NCBI GenBank assembly: GCA_050952645.1
Contig: JBMNLI010000010.1
Coordinates: forward strand, 32,001-96,000
From: Bdellovibrionota bacterium
Lineage (GTDB): Bacteria; Bdellovibrionota_C; UBA2361; CAKMMH01
Direction: 5' to 3'
Length of the DNA: 64,000 bases
Shown piece after piece: positions 42,584-55,072 of the stretch. The notes under the pieces were generated by a model that searched no databases, had not been told where the DNA came from, and saw only the letters and a list, made by a program, of their open reading frames with translations. The translations under genes were made by a program, and so were the position numbers. Every line of letters starts with the position of its first letter. Positions within the stretch are counted from its first letter, which is position 1.

Positions 42584-43765
42584 CTAAGATAGAATTTTGC
42601 AGAAATCGTCTAAAATCTTACTATCATTATACTCTTTTTCAATATATGCCTTTGCATTTTTTTCTATATTTTCTCTTAATGCATCATCATTAATTAATTT
42701 TAAAATCGCTTCTTCTAAATTTTTTTCTAAATTTTCTCTTTTAACTTGATACGCTGCGTTATTTGGAAGTTCTGCAAACCAACCATCAGCATTTATAATA
42801 CAAGTTTTCCCTCGCTCTAAAATTCTTATCATTGCCCCCGATGTTTCGCCAAGAGTTGGATACCTAAGATTTACAATAACATCTGAATACTCAATAAAAG
42901 CTTCAAAATCATCTAGTGTGACATATCCAGTTTTGATAATTAATTTATCATCAATATATGAATCTACGACATCACCTTCACCAATCATTACATAACAAAT
43001 CTTTTTATTAAAATTATTTGAAATATTCTTAACTGCTTTACATGTATATTCATTTAATTTAGTAGGAATAATATTTCCAAATGAAGAAATTATAATTGCA
43101 TCTTTTGGAATATTAAATTTTTCAAAAAGGCTATCTCTTGAAATATTTTTGTTTTCTAATTTTTCTCCAACTTTAAGGTGATTAACTTTAAAAAGATTCT
43201 TTTTATCGATAAGTCCTGTCTTTAAAATATTGTCATGAGAATACCAAGAGTGAACTATTATTTTATTTCCTGAAAGTAAAAGCTCATTATTAAAAGGAAC
43301 CTTTGTAGTCCTATTAAAATCATATTTTCCTTCTTTATACATTAATTTAATTTGATAAAAATCATCTATTCCACATAAATTATATAATTTTTGAAAAAAT
43401 AAGTTTTTCTTACCATACATATAAGACATAAGATCATAAATTACCATATCATGTAATATTACAAATCCTGGATGTTTAAGACATAACTTATAAATATACT
43501 CATGATACTGACCATTATTTCCTATATTATATATAATACAATCATAAGAATTAAAATTTACTAAATTAACATCCTTTTTTAATACCTTATATTTATCCTC
43601 TAACTCTTTATCTACTTCATTGTTATCAGTATATAAGGTTATATCAAATCTTTGACTTAATACCTCAATTAATCTTTTAGAATAATCAGCAATTCCACTT
43701 TTTGAAGGAGGAAGAGGACTTACATAAATAATACTTTTTTTAGACATAAATAAATCCTTAATCAA
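42584..43765 (-). CDS. glycosyltransferase family 4 (GT-B)
   Basis: YVSPLPPSKSGIADYS, YNIGNN..H, VILHD, NLRYPTLGETSG. The start may be the ATG at 43747. Confidence 0.88.
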   Translation of the reverse strand: MIKDLFMSKKSIIYVSPLPPSKSGIADYSKRLIEVLSQRFDITLYTDNNEVDKELEDKYKVLKKDVNLVNFNSYDCIIYNIGNNGQYHEYIYKLCLKHPGFVILHDMVIYDLMSYMYGKKNLFFQKLYNLCGIDDFYQIKLMYKEGKYDFNRTTKVPFNNELLLSGNKIIVHSWYSHDNILKTGLIDKKNLFKVNHLKVGEKLENKNISRDSLFEKFNIPKDAIIISSFGNIIPTKLNEYTCKAVKNISNNFNKKICYVMIGEGDVVDSYIDDKLIIKTGYVTLDDFEAFIEYSDVIVNLRYPTLGETSGAMIRILERGKTCIINADGWFAELPNNAAYQVKRENLEKNLEEAILKLINDDALRENIEKNAKAYIEKEYNDSKILDDFCKILS

Positions 43766-43771
43766 TTATAC

Positions 43772-44818
43772 CTAATTATTAACTAATTGTTGTATTACAT
43801 AATCCCAATTCATATTTTTATCAATTAGAGATTGTTTTGCATTATTTCCCATTTTTTTAACTTCATCTTTATGTTCATACATATAATCTATTTTACTAGC
43901 AAGATTTTTTGCATCACTTGAAACGACAAATCCATTAAATTTATCTTCAATGAACTCTAAAGGTCCTCCAGCATCATGATGAACAATAACAGGTTTTTGA
44001 GAATACATACCTTCAAGCGTTATATAGCCATAGTCTTCATTGTACGCACCAAAATATACAGCAAGTGAATTTGCATAATATTTAATTTTTTCTTCCTCAG
44101 AAATAAACCCTAATAATTTAACTTTATTTTCTAATTTATTATCTTTTATAAAATTTTTTAGATAAGCTACTTCATCTTCTTCACCACCACCTGCAATATA
44201 TGCTTTAACATCTGTTTTTACATACTTCATAGCCTCAACTAAAACTCTCTGCCTCTTAATTGTATTAATTCTACTTGGATAAAAAATATAATCTTTGTAA
44301 TCTTCGCAGTGTAATTTTTCATAATTTAGCGGTGGATGATAAAGAACTGTCGAATCAAATCCACAATAATGTTTTAACCTATCAGTTACGCACTGTGCTA
44401 TTGTAAAGATATTTTTATACTCAGTTAGGTATTGCTTATCAATTTTATAAATAAAATCTCTAACTTCTTCTCCATTTGGCCAATGTTGAATATCACCAAA
44501 TTCTGTCCCCCAAAGATCATATGCAGTTCTATGTTGATGAAGAAGCCATAAAGTTTTATTTTCATGCTTTAATAAATAAGCAGGAAATTTTAATGTAATA
44601 ACCTTATCAATTTTCTCTCCTGTTGCACTTTCTAAATCAATCATACGTCCCATTTGTATTGATTTTAAAAGTGTTTCATACGGATACCACTTAAATGGAA
44701 TAGAAACTATTTCTGCATTATAGTCTCTTTTCTTAAGTTCACTTTTTAGCATTTCAGCTAATATTTCTGCTCCACCTCTTGTAAATGGTACTTGTACAGT
44801 TGCAATAGCGATCTTCAT
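43772..44818 (-). CDS. glycosyltransferase family 4 (GT-B)
   Basis: QVPFTRGGAE, WLLHQHR.AYDLW, PSRINTIKRQ, EDYGYITLEGM (EX7E motif). Confidence 0.9.
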   Translation of the reverse strand: MKIAIATVQVPFTRGGAEILAEMLKSELKKRDYNAEIVSIPFKWYPYETLLKSIQMGRMIDLESATGEKIDKVITLKFPAYLLKHENKTLWLLHQHRTAYDLWGTEFGDIQHWPNGEEVRDFIYKIDKQYLTEYKNIFTIAQCVTDRLKHYCGFDSTVLYHPPLNYEKLHCEDYKDYIFYPSRINTIKRQRVLVEAMKYVKTDVKAYIAGGGEEDEVAYLKNFIKDNKLENKVKLLGFISEEEKIKYYANSLAVYFGAYNEDYGYITLEGMYSQKPVIVHHDAGGPLEFIEDKFNGFVVSSDAKNLASKIDYMYEHKDEVKKMGNNAKQSLIDKNMNWDYVIQQLVNN

Positions 44819-44867
44819 TTTACACCTTATATTACATAAATTTCCAACTTTAAAATTAAACTCAAAT

Positions 44868-45383
44868 TTATTTTATAAATCTTTTAGTAAACTCAACATT
44901 TTGACATATTACCTTAATAGCAGCTGCCACCATTGATGGTTCACTCGAAACATAAAAATAATTATCATTCTTCAAGCATTGCTCTTTATCAGTTGACAAA
45001 ATTGGAAGCTTAAAATAATTTACAAGTTTTACGTACTCATCTTTTACATTTCCTAAGAACATCGCCACATCACTTCCTAAAAAATATAAAAGCTCATCCT
45101 CTTTATCACCAACATTAACAAATGTTATCTGCTCTTCGAGAAGATAATATCTTAAAATTTTTCTTAATATTTCATCTTTATACGATTCTGAATAAAAGAA
45201 AAAATTAACATGTGAATTAATATAATTTTTATAACAACTAAGCACATCTAAAAAAAACTTATAATCTTGGTTACTTTTTGGTTCACCAATAATAAGTACA
45301 TTTGAAATATACGGCATAATCATTTTTTTTAATTCAATTTCATTAAACCTTGTATTTTTATATTTTTCAGCAATTTCACGCAT
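44868..45383 (-). CDS. degenerate GT-B C-terminal-domain-like protein
   Basis: NVLIIGEPKSNQ..ITFV..YFLGSDVAMFL..YFKLPILS resembles a GT4 C-lobe without the EX7E motif. Confidence 0.5.
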   Translation of the reverse strand: MREIAEKYKNTRFNEIELKKMIMPYISNVLIIGEPKSNQDYKFFLDVLSCYKNYINSHVNFFFYSESYKDEILRKILRYYLLEEQITFVNVGDKEDELLYFLGSDVAMFLGNVKDEYVKLVNYFKLPILSTDKEQCLKNDNYFYVSSEPSMVAAAIKVICQNVEFTKRFIK

Positions 45384-45415
45384 AATTAACTTCTTATAAA
45401 AACATTACTATAATA

Positions 45416-46267
45416 TTACAATTTATCTTTTAACACGTTTACTTCTGCAATCAGATTACTTAACATCACAGATAAATTCCTTATATCTTTCCTAGCATTA
45501 TTATAACATTCTTCTAGTTTATCAAACTCATCATAATCTTCATTGATTACCTTATGAATATCAAATTCATTTATACCATCTCTAGTATTATTTCTCTTTA
45601 ATAATCCGCACTTTTTAGATTTTAACTTTTGATTTTCATTTTCATTATTATTACTAAAGATAACCTTAGGAACTTTTAGCATTTTAGCTTCATTTGAAAA
45701 AATAATCTTATCAATAACTTCATTTCTTGTAAGGACACCTGTTTTTAATTTTAATGTAAAATCTTTAAGACCGTGACTATCAGCATATCTTTTTAATATC
45801 CTAACAAAGGCTCTTTTAACAAAATCTCTGTCAGTAAATTCTTTAAATTCATCAACTTCAAATTTACTAAATCCAGTTAAGTAAATATTTTTCTCTTGTG
45901 CTTCTTCTGATTTTTCTAGAATTTTTAAATACTCTTCTCTGGTTAAACTTTTTTCTTTAAATCTTTTTAAAATTCCAGCTAAAGTTTTGGATTCACAAAC
46001 ACGCCCAAAAAAGTTCATAAAAACTGATTCAAGAAAATCATAATCATTTTTTATTTTAAGAAGCGACTCGACATCCAATATTTTATCATATTCACCAAAA
46101 TAACTAACTGTAGTACCAGTATATCCTGATTTTAAAATCGCATCATTTATAGAATCAATTTCAGTATAAATATCAAAGTGCTTAAAAAAATACTCATCTT
46201 GCACATCAAGTGAACCTGTTTTTTCAACTCGCTCTAAAACTGCATTAATACCTGCATCTAAATCCAT
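45416..46267 (-). CDS. DUF4214-like repeat protein with C-terminal coiled coil
   Basis: Two copies of the F..(A/V)F...(L/F).R.....(G/T)L.......LTR.E....I..S.EA pattern. Confidence 0.65.
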   Translation of the reverse strand: MDLDAGINAVLERVEKTGSLDVQDEYFFKHFDIYTEIDSINDAILKSGYTGTTVSYFGEYDKILDVESLLKIKNDYDFLESVFMNFFGRVCESKTLAGILKRFKEKSLTREEYLKILEKSEEAQEKNIYLTGFSKFEVDEFKEFTDRDFVKRAFVRILKRYADSHGLKDFTLKLKTGVLTRNEVIDKIIFSNEAKMLKVPKVIFSNNNENENQKLKSKKCGLLKRNNTRDGINEFDIHKVINEDYDEFDKLEECYNNARKDIRNLSVMLSNLIAEVNVLKDKL

Positions 46268-46288
46268 AAATTGTTTTTTCCATATAAT

Positions 46289-46327
46289 AAAAAAGGGCTT
46301 CTTTTGTATTATAAAAGAAACCCCTTT
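46289..46327 (-). terminator. Intrinsic terminator after rpoC
   Basis: Minus strand aaaggggtttctttt-ataatac-aaaagaagccc followed by U6. Confidence 0.75.
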
Positions 46328-46353
46328 AAATTGAAATACGTAAATTAAATTTA

Positions 46354-49300
46354 TTATAAAAGTCCAGCTAATGATTCGATTGAAGATTGACCAATGTAAA
46401 TATCTTGTTCTTTCTCTTTCTCATCTTCCTTAACTTTTATTTCATCAAATGCATATCTAGTTGCTCCAGATCCTGCTGGGATTAAACGCCCCATAATTAC
46501 ATTTTCTTTTAAACCACGAAGCGTATCTACCTTACCACACACCGCAGCCTCAGTTAAAACCTTCGTCGTTTCTTGGAAGCTTGCAGCAGAGATAAATGAT
46601 TCTGTTGAAAGTGCTGCTTTTGTAATACCTAATAATAGTGGCTCATACGTTGCAGGTTTTAATCCCTTAGCATTAAGCTCATTGTTTAAATTTATCACAT
46701 TCCATTTTTCAACGGACTCTCCGATAAGTAGCGAGCTATCCCCTGGGTCTACTACCGACACCCTTCTTAACATCTGAGCAATAATAACCTCAACATGCTT
46801 ATCATCGATCCTAACACCTTGCAAACGATAAATTTCTTGAACTTCATTTACTAAATAATTAGCAAGAGCTCTCACTCCCTCAACACTTAAAATATCGTGT
46901 GGGTCGATAGCACCGTCTGTTAATGGCTCACCAGCTCGTACAAAGTCGCTCTTTTGAACGGATATATGCTTACTCTTAGGTATTAAATACTCTCTTGCCT
47001 CACCATATTCTGGAGTAACTATAAGTCTTTTCTTACCCCTTACATCTTCACCAAGGTCAACTATACCATCAACCTCTGAAACTTGTGCAGGGTCTTTAGG
47101 ACGTCTCGCCTCAAAAAGCTCAACAACCCTTGGAAGACCACCCGTAATATCCTTAGTTTTAGTAGTAGCCCTTTCTCTCTTAGCTATAGCATCACCAGCC
47201 TCAATCTTAGCATTATGTTCAACCATAATACGAATAGCCACAGGCAAAGTATAAACTTTACTATTACCATCATCACCATGAACTACTATACATGGAGATA
47301 AATCTTTAGCTCTATCCTTAGCTTGAACAATTTCTCTTTCTACTAAACCAGTCCTCTCATCTGCTCTTTCTTCCATCGTTTGCTCGTTAATATCACGCCA
47401 TTCAACGGTTCCAGATATCTCAGAAAGAATAGGCAAACTAAATGGATCCCACTCGCCAATCACAGTGCCCTTTTCAATTTTTTGCCCCTCTTTAACGTGC
47501 AATCTAGTTCCATATACTAATCTATATCTTTCACGCTCACGTCCATCTTGTGGGTCTTGAACTATAATTTCAGTTCTATTACCCATAACAACTGCCGTTT
47601 TATCTTTTCTAGTCGCAAATTTAGGCTCTACAAACTTAACGACACCACCGTACTTAGACTCTAAAGATGTCTGCTCGGTCTTACCAAGGCTAGCAGTTCC
47701 ACCAACGTGGAACGTTCTCATAGTTAGCTGAGTTCCTGGCTCACCTATAGATTGAGCTGCGATAACTCCAACGGCTTCACCAATATTTACTAGATGCCCC
47801 CTAGCTAAATCTCGTCCGTAGCAAAGCGAGCAACAACCATAATGAGTATCGCAAGTAAGCACTGAACGAACATTTATAGAATCGATTCCCGACCTTTCAA
47901 TAATTTTAGATTTAGCTTCATCGATTAAAGTATTTCTTGGAATTAAAATCTCATTCGTAACTGGGTCTATAATATCATCGGCCGCCACTCTACCTATTAC
48001 ACGATTTGCTAGCGTTTCAATCTCTTCACCACCTTCGATAAGTGCAGACACTTTCACACCATTAGTAGTGCCACAGTCGTGTTCCGTAACTATGCAATCT
48101 TGCGCAACGTCTACTAATTTACGAGTTAAATAACCCGAGTTAGCAGTCTTTAAAGCCGTATCCGCTAGACCCTTTCTAGCACCGTGAGTAGATTTAAAAT
48201 ATTGAAGAACGTCTAGCCCCTCTCTTAAGTTAGCCTTAATAGGTTGCTCAATAATAGAGCCGTCTGGCTTAGCCATAAGACCTCTCATACCTGCAAGCTG
48301 TCTTATTTGTGCGGAAGAACCACGTGCTCCAGAGTCGGCCATAATATAAACTGGATTAAACGACTCGCCTACTTTCTTCTCGCCAGTTTCCTTATTTACG
48401 AACTCTTGCTTTGAAATATTATTCATAAGCTCTTCCGTAATCTTATCTCCAACCTCAGACCAAATATCTATCACCTTGTTAGACCTTTCACCAGCCGTTA
48501 TCAAACCCTCTTGGTATTGACTCTCCACAGCTGCTACTCTCTCATCTGCATCGGCAAGCATCTTCTTTTTAGCATCAGGTATAATCATATCTTTTATACC
48601 AATAGAAATACCAGCAATTGTTGCGAAACGATAACCAACATTCTTTAATTTATCGGCTAAAAGAACCGTTGCTTTATTTCCTGCTACTCTAAACGCTTCA
48701 TCGATTAAAGCACCTATTTGCTTCTTTTTCATCACTTTATTAATGCTTGAAAAAGGTAAAACTTTTGGTAAATAATGGTATAAAAGAGCTCTACCAACAG
48801 TAGTTTTCTCAAGTTTGCCATCTATCCTAACTTGGATAGCAGCTTGCAAAGCTACCTCCTTTGCATCCCAAGCTAACAGCACTTCATCTGTATCAAAAAA
48901 TGAGTTCCCTTCGCCCTTAGCAAATGGAAGCTCTCTAGTCATGTAATAAAGCCCGAGAACCATGTCTTGAGATGGCACTATAACCGCCTTACCGTCGGCT
49001 GGCTTTAAGATATTATTAGTCGACATCATAAGAACTCTAGCTTCAACTTGTGCCTCTACCGATAAAGGAACGTGCACGGCCATTTGGTCACCATCAAAGT
49101 CTGCGTTAAATGCACTACAAACTAAAGGATGAAGCTGTATAGCCTTACCTTCAATCAAGTTTGGTTCAAATGCTTGAATACCTAACCTGTGTAGCGTTGG
49201 CGCACGGTTTAGTAGCACAGGATGCTCCTTAATAACTTCCTCTAAAATATCCCACACTACTGGTCTTTCTTTCTCAACCATTTTCTTAGCAGATTTAATC

Positions 49301-50484
49301 GTCGTAACGTATCCTTTCTCTTCTAGCTTATTGTAAATAAATGGCTTAAATAACTCTAATGCCATCTGTTTTGGAAGTCCGCATTGATATAATCTTAACT
49401 CTGGTCCTGCAACGATTACCGAACGCCCCGAATAGTCTACACGTTTACCTAAAAGGTTTTGACGAAACCGCCCAGTTTTTCCTTTAAGCATATCGCTAAG
49501 CGACTTAAGAGGTCTCTTATTTGGCCCCGTAACGGTTCTACCACGACGTCCGTTATCAAATAGCGCATCTACAGATTCTTGAAGCATTCTTTTTTCATTA
49601 TGGATAATAATATCTGGTGCATTTAATTCTATTAGTCTTTTTAAACGATTATTCCTATTTATAACTCGTCTATATAAATCGTTTAAATCACTAGTAGCAT
49701 ATCTACCACCATCTAGCGGAACTAATGGTCTTAAATCTGGTGGAATAACTGGAATAACATTTAGAATCATCCACTCTGGTTTGTTCCCAGCATTTATAAA
49801 AGCAGTAACTACCTTTAGTCTTTTAATTATCTTCTTTTTCTTAGCTTCTGAGTTAGTAGATAAAAACTCTTTCTTTAATTTTTCAGATAGCTCTTCTAAG
49901 TTTAACTCGCTAAGCATCTTTTGAATAGTATCAGCTCCCATGCCAGCCTCGAAATCTGAACCATACTCTGCTCTTGCAGCTCTGTATTCTTTTTCAGATA
50001 AAAGCTCTCCCTCTTCATATGGCGAACTCCCAGGGTCGGTCACGATATAAGCTTCAAAATATAGCACTCTTTCTAATTCTCTTAACGTGATATCTAGAAT
50101 AGTTCCAATCCTTGATGGCAAACTTTTTAAAAACCAAATATGAGCTACTGGGCAAGCTAACTCGATATGCCCCATTCTCTCTCGCCTTACTTTTGACTGG
50201 ATAACCTCAACTCCACATTTTTCACAAACTACTCCTCTGTGACGAAGCCTTTTGTATTTTCCACAAATACATTCGTAGTCTTTAACGGGCCCAAAAATTT
50301 TAGCACAAAAAAGCCCATCACGTTCAGGTTTTGTAGTCCTATAATTTATCGTTTCTGGCTTCGTAACTTCCCCATAAGACCACCCCCTTATAGTTTCAGG
50401 GTCTGATAAGGAAATTTTCAATGCGTTAAAATTAACAGGATTTTTTGGTTTTTCAAACAAGCTAAAAAGATCATCCATTGCCAT
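46354..50484 (-). CDS. rpoC: RNA polymerase beta' subunit
   Basis: [10 protein letters not shown], zinc-binding Cys, [21 protein letters not shown]. Confidence 0.99.
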   Translation of the reverse strand: MAMDDLFSLFEKPKNPVNFNALKISLSDPETIRGWSYGEVTKPETINYRTTKPERDGLFCAKIFGPVKDYECICGKYKRLRHRGVVCEKCGVEVIQSKVRRERMGHIELACPVAHIWFLKSLPSRIGTILDITLRELERVLYFEAYIVTDPGSSPYEEGELLSEKEYRAARAEYGSDFEAGMGADTIQKMLSELNLEELSEKLKKEFLSTNSEAKKKKIIKRLKVVTAFINAGNKPEWMILNVIPVIPPDLRPLVPLDGGRYATSDLNDLYRRVINRNNRLKRLIELNAPDIIIHNEKRMLQESVDALFDNGRRGRTVTGPNKRPLKSLSDMLKGKTGRFRQNLLGKRVDYSGRSVIVAGPELRLYQCGLPKQMALELFKPFIYNKLEEKGYVTTIKSAKKMVEKERPVVWDILEEVIKEHPVLLNRAPTLHRLGIQAFEPNLIEGKAIQLHPLVCSAFNADFDGDQMAVHVPLSVEAQVEARVLMMSTNNILKPADGKAVIVPSQDMVLGLYYMTRELPFAKGEGNSFFDTDEVLLAWDAKEVALQAAIQVRIDGKLEKTTVGRALLYHYLPKVLPFSSINKVMKKKQIGALIDEAFRVAGNKATVLLADKLKNVGYRFATIAGISIGIKDMIIPDAKKKMLADADERVAAVESQYQEGLITAGERSNKVIDIWSEVGDKITEELMNNISKQEFVNKETGEKKVGESFNPVYIMADSGARGSSAQIRQLAGMRGLMAKPDGSIIEQPIKANLREGLDVLQYFKSTHGARKGLADTALKTANSGYLTRKLVDVAQDCIVTEHDCGTTNGVKVSALIEGGEEIETLANRVIGRVAADDIIDPVTNEILIPRNTLIDEAKSKIIERSGIDSINVRSVLTCDTHYGCCSLCYGRDLARGHLVNIGEAVGVIAAQSIGEPGTQLTMRTFHVGGTASLGKTEQTSLESKYGGVVKFVEPKFATRKDKTAVVMGNRTEIIVQDPQDGRERERYRLVYGTRLHVKEGQKIEKGTVIGEWDPFSLPILSEISGTVEWRDINEQTMEERADERTGLVEREIVQAKDRAKDLSPCIVVHGDDGNSKVYTLPVAIRIMVEHNAKIEAGDAIAKRERATTKTKDITGGLPRVVELFEARRPKDPAQVSEVDGIVDLGEDVRGKKRLIVTPEYGEAREYLIPKSKHISVQKSDFVRAGEPLTDGAIDPHDILSVEGVRALANYLVNEVQEIYRLQGVRIDDKHVEVIIAQMLRRVSVVDPGDSSLLIGESVEKWNVINLNNELNAKGLKPATYEPLLLGITKAALSTESFISAASFQETTKVLTEAAVCGKVDTLRGLKENVIMGRLIPAGSGATRYAFDEIKVKEDEKEKEQDIYIGQSSIESLAGLL

Positions 50485-50596
50485 ATTTATATCTCTTTTT
50501 TCAAAATATATTAAAAATTTAAAAGTAATTTACTTACATTTTATAACATTTATCTTTTACAAGTTATTTTTACGAATAAACTTATAAATCTTAAGA

Positions 50597-53500
50597 TTAG
50601 TTATCGAAAAGCTCTGCCCCTAACTCAGATAAATCGGTAGCCACAGTCTCACCTTTATCTTCATCGCTTACCTCATCGCTTTCTTGCTCATCTTCTAATA
50701 GCTGAACGTTTAGAGCTAGAGATTGAAGTTCCTTTATCATAACGTTAAACGACTCAGGAAGCCCAGGCTCTAAAATGTGCTCGCCTTTTACTATCGACTC
50801 ATACATTCTAGTTCTACCAGTCACGTCGTCAGATTTAACCGTTAAAAACTCTTGTAATGCGTAAGCTGCTCCGTAAGCTTCCATCGCCCACACCTCCATC
50901 TCTCCGAGTCTTTGTCCACCAAATTGTGCTTTACCACCAAGAGGCTGTTGGGTAACTAACGAGTAAGGCCCAATAGACCTAGCGTGAATCTTATTATCTA
51001 CTAAGTGATCAAGCTTTAACATATACATAACGCCAACCGTAACCTTTTCTTTAAAAGCTTCACCAGTTTGACCATCGTATAAAGTAATTTTTCCAGACTC
51101 ATCAACTCCAGTAAACTTTAAGAAATCTGAAATCTCTGCTTCTTTAGCAGAATCAAACACTGGGGTCGAAACGTGAACGCCCACTCTTTCTCTCTTAGCG
51201 ATAGTAACTATATCTTCATCACTAATTTTATCAAAGTCTAAAGAGGTTTCATTTACAAAAGCACCTTTTAAGTAATTACGCATTTTACCTATAACCTCTT
51301 TTCTCTCTGCACTACTAAGATCCGTTCTTACTCTCCCACTTACTGGCTCTTCTATTTTTTCTAACAACTCTTCTAATCTTCTTCCTAAAGAATAGCAAGC
51401 CATACCTAAATGAGTTTCAAGTAGTTGCCCTATGTTCATACGTGATGGCACACCTAGTGGGTTTAACACTATATCGACTGGTGTTCCATCTTCTAAATAC
51501 GGCATATCCTCTTGTGGAACGACCTTTGAAAGAACACCCTTGTTTCCATGACGTCCTGCAAGCTTATCACCAACTTGTATCTTTCTCTTGATGACGATAT
51601 AAACTTTAACCATTTTGATAATTCCAGGAGCTAACTCGTCTCCCTCTTTTACCTTTCTTATCTTATCATCTAAATCGGCTTTTTTACTTGCTATAAGCGC
51701 AGATGTTCCACTAATAATATTAGCTACTTTTTCATTTACTTTATCATTATCTACTTGAACGCTTTTTAATAACTCGAATGAAAGCGGTCTCATATTTTCA
51801 AATGAAAATACCTCATTTTTAGCTATATACTCAGTCTTTTTATCAGCAATCTTAAGCTCTGATTTTTTTCCCTTAACTAGGTCGATTATTTCTTTTCTAG
51901 CAGTATCGATAACTATTGAAACCTCGTCTGACATATCCTTTTCTAGTCTTTCAATCTCTCGTTTTTCAATCTCGAGCATCCTTTCATCTTTCTCGGTGCC
52001 ACGCCTAGAAAAAACTTGAGTAGAAATAACCGTTCCTTCGACACCTGGAGAAGCTTTTAAGCTAGTATCTCTAACCTCTCCTGCTTTTTCTCCAAAAATT
52101 GCTCTTAAAAGTTTTTCTTCAGGGCTTAATTGAGTCTCGCTCTTTGGAGTTATTTTTCCTACTAAAATATCCCCTGGCTTTACTACGGCTCCAACTCTAA
52201 TAATACCAGTTTCATCTAAGTCTTTTAAGGCCTCATCGCTAACATTCGGAATGTCTCTAGTAATCTCTTCTTTTCCTAGCTTAGTATCTCTTGCTACACA
52301 CTCATACTCTTCAACGTGAATAGAAGTGAAGATGTCTTTTTTAACACAATTTTCATTTATCAAAATAGCATCCTCGTAGTTATACCCACACCAAGGCATA
52401 AATGCTACTAGCACATTTTGTCCAAGCCCAAGCTCTGCCATATCCGTTGCTGCGCCATCTGCGATAATTTCATTTTCCTTAACCTTTTCACCTACACGAA
52501 CTATCGGTCTTTGGTTAATACAAGTATTTTGGTTAGAACGACGATATTTTACTAAATCATAAATATCAACGCCAGAATCATTTGCCCCTCTTAGCTTATC
52601 AGCCCTAACTACTATTCTATCAGCATCAACAAACATAACTTCACCAGCACGCTTAACCTCAACCGTTGCTTTTGAATCTCTAGCAACTATACCCTCCATG
52701 CCCGTTCCAACTAATGGAGCCATATTTCGCATGCAAGGGACTGCTTGACGCTGCATGTTCGAGCCCATCAATGCTCTGTTAGCATCATCGTTTTCTAGAA
52801 ACGGAATTAAAGATGCAGCAACACTCACAATCTGACGAGGACTTACATCAACCTTAGTAATCTCCTCTCTGCTTGCAACCATATACTCTTGGTTTCCTCT
52901 ACATGAAATTTGCTCATCTACAAAATTTCCTTTCTTATCAAGCTTAACGCTAGCTTGAGCAATCATCTCTCTTTCTTCTTCAAGAGCAGACAAATAAACT
53001 ACATCTTGCGTAACTCTATTGTTTTCATCTACTATTCTATAAGGACTTTCTAAGAAGCCGTAATCATTTACCCGTGCAAATGTAGCAAGCGAAGCGATAA
53101 GACCAATGTTTTGTCCCTCAGGAGTTTCAATCGGACAAATCCTTCCATAGTGAGTAGTGTTTACATCTCGCACTTCAAACCCTGCTCTATCTCTAGTAAG
53201 TCCCCCAGGACCTAACGCAGACAAACGCCTCTTGTGTGTAATTTCAGAAAGAGGGTTAGTCTGATCCATAAATTGTGAAAGTTGAGAAGAACCGAAAAAC
53301 TCTCTTAACACAGCAGCAACAGGTTTGTAGTTTATAATATCTTGAGGAACTAGGTTAATTAAATCTTGCGTTCCCATGCATTCTTTTACTGCACGCTCCA
53401 TTCTTACTAAGCCAATTCTAAATTGGTTTTCTACTAGCTCACCAACTGCACGAACACGTCTATTGCCTAGGTGGTCGATATCATCTACCGAATGGCTAAG

Positions 53501-55072
53501 TAAATCGTTAGAGTTTTTAAGCTCTAATAAATATCTTATAGTTTCTTGAATATCAGATTCGCACAAAGTCCCCTGCTCAATAGAAGGAGCTTCTCTTCCT
53601 TGAGATATGTAAAGTTTATGATTCATCTTATATCTTCCTATATTTGATAAATCATATCTTTCAGGATTAAAAAATAAATTTCTAAATGTAGCACTAGCCG
53701 TTTCAGGTCTTGGGGGATCCCCAGGGCGAAGTCTTCTATAAATCTCTACTAAACTATCCACTACTGGTTGCCCAGTAACTTTAGCATAAAGATCATCTCT
53801 ATCTGGCTCCATCTTATCGGTTACTAAAGTTTTCCAAAGAGCATCACCTATATGATTATCATCAAGGTAAAGCACCTCTAGATTACTTACTCCGTTTTCT
53901 ATTAAATAACTCAAAGAGCCTTGCTCAACAATATCCCCTTTAGCGTTTATTTTATCTTGGGTAAATTCTTCACCAGCACAAACTAAAACTTCAAAACAAT
54001 CTAAAATTTCTGCCAAGTCGGTCTCGTCAAGCTCATTAGCTAGAGTGCCAAGCCTTTCCATTATTTCAGTCCAATTCGTTAAGATCTCATCTTCCCCTGC
54101 AATTAACTCTCCAGTGTCTGGATGGATAACATCCTCTTGAGCTTGAATAATAGTATTTGCTGAAACCATTTGGTAAACATCCTCTGGGTCTATTTGAATT
54201 TCAGTAGTTCCAGCTTCTTTTAAACGACGAATATTTGCCCTATTAAATTTTTGACCTTTTCTAATTAAAACTTTTGAGCCTTTTTTAATTTCTACAAATG
54301 ATTTTTGCCCCTCTAATTGGTCGGCTTTAAAAGTTTTAAAAACATCTCCATTATCTTTAAATTCAATAGATTCTTTTTTATAATAAAAATTTAAAATTTC
54401 ATCTGCCGACATACCTAACGCTCTTAATATTACCGTAGCATTAAGTTTTCTTTTTCTATCTATTCTAACGTGGCAAATATCTTTAATATCAAACTCAAAG
54501 TCTAACCAAGAACCACGATAAGGAATTATTCTTGCAGAATACAAAAGTTTTCCGCTTATATGGCTTTTCCCTTCATCATTAGCAAAAAATACACCTGGCG
54601 ACCTATGAAGCTGACTTACTACTACTCTTTCAGTTCCATTTATCATAAAGGTTCCCTTATCTGTCATTAAAGGAATTTCGCCACAATACACACTATCTTC
54701 TTTAAGTGATAAAAGCTTTCTTTCACCATTTTCACTATTCACATCCCACATAGCTAGACGAACGGTTATTTTTAATGGTGCCGACCAAGTCATCCCTCTA
54801 GCCTCACATTCTTTCACATCGTATTTAGGCTTGCCAAGCTCGTATGAAACAAACTCAAGACTTGCAGTATCATTATAGTCTTTTATAGGAAACACGGATT
54901 TAAAGATCTTTTGTAATCCTTCATCCTTTCTTTTTTCAGGCTCAACTTCTTCCTGTAAAAAATTTTTATATGACTCAACTTGAACAGCGATTAAGTTAGG
55001 GACTTGTGCAATTTCTGGTATTTTTGAGTAACTGCGACGAAGACGAAGATTAGTTTTGATTTCTGATGCCAT
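50597..55072 (-). CDS. rpoB: RNA polymerase beta subunit
   Basis: [45 protein letters not shown]. Confidence 0.99.
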   Translation of the reverse strand: MASEIKTNLRLRRSYSKIPEIAQVPNLIAVQVESYKNFLQEEVEPEKRKDEGLQKIFKSVFPIKDYNDTASLEFVSYELGKPKYDVKECEARGMTWSAPLKITVRLAMWDVNSENGERKLLSLKEDSVYCGEIPLMTDKGTFMINGTERVVVSQLHRSPGVFFANDEGKSHISGKLLYSARIIPYRGSWLDFEFDIKDICHVRIDRKRKLNATVILRALGMSADEILNFYYKKESIEFKDNGDVFKTFKADQLEGQKSFVEIKKGSKVLIRKGQKFNRANIRRLKEAGTTEIQIDPEDVYQMVSANTIIQAQEDVIHPDTGELIAGEDEILTNWTEIMERLGTLANELDETDLAEILDCFEVLVCAGEEFTQDKINAKGDIVEQGSLSYLIENGVSNLEVLYLDDNHIGDALWKTLVTDKMEPDRDDLYAKVTGQPVVDSLVEIYRRLRPGDPPRPETASATFRNLFFNPERYDLSNIGRYKMNHKLYISQGREAPSIEQGTLCESDIQETIRYLLELKNSNDLLSHSVDDIDHLGNRRVRAVGELVENQFRIGLVRMERAVKECMGTQDLINLVPQDIINYKPVAAVLREFFGSSQLSQFMDQTNPLSEITHKRRLSALGPGGLTRDRAGFEVRDVNTTHYGRICPIETPEGQNIGLIASLATFARVNDYGFLESPYRIVDENNRVTQDVVYLSALEEEREMIAQASVKLDKKGNFVDEQISCRGNQEYMVASREEITKVDVSPRQIVSVAASLIPFLENDDANRALMGSNMQRQAVPCMRNMAPLVGTGMEGIVARDSKATVEVKRAGEVMFVDADRIVVRADKLRGANDSGVDIYDLVKYRRSNQNTCINQRPIVRVGEKVKENEIIADGAATDMAELGLGQNVLVAFMPWCGYNYEDAILINENCVKKDIFTSIHVEEYECVARDTKLGKEEITRDIPNVSDEALKDLDETGIIRVGAVVKPGDILVGKITPKSETQLSPEEKLLRAIFGEKAGEVRDTSLKASPGVEGTVISTQVFSRRGTEKDERMLEIEKREIERLEKDMSDEVSIVIDTARKEIIDLVKGKKSELKIADKKTEYIAKNEVFSFENMRPLSFELLKSVQVDNDKVNEKVANIISGTSALIASKKADLDDKIRKVKEGDELAPGIIKMVKVYIVIKRKIQVGDKLAGRHGNKGVLSKVVPQEDMPYLEDGTPVDIVLNPLGVPSRMNIGQLLETHLGMACYSLGRRLEELLEKIEEPVSGRVRTDLSSAERKEVIGKMRNYLKGAFVNETSLDFDKISDEDIVTIAKRERVGVHVSTPVFDSAKEAEISDFLKFTGVDESGKITLYDGQTGEAFKEKVTVGVMYMLKLDHLVDNKIHARSIGPYSLVTQQPLGGKAQFGGQRLGEMEVWAMEAYGAAYALQEFLTVKSDDVTGRTRMYESIVKGEHILEPGLPESFNVMIKELQSLALNVQLLEDEQESDEVSDEDKGETVATDLSELGAELFDN

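Noticed and set aside
34847..46267. Prophage or integrative element explaining the island
   Set aside because: No integrase, transposase, phage genes or flanking att-like direct repeats were recognised.
53210..53300. Rifampicin-resistance substitutions in RpoB cluster I
   Set aside because: The sequence [26 protein letters not shown] is canonical.
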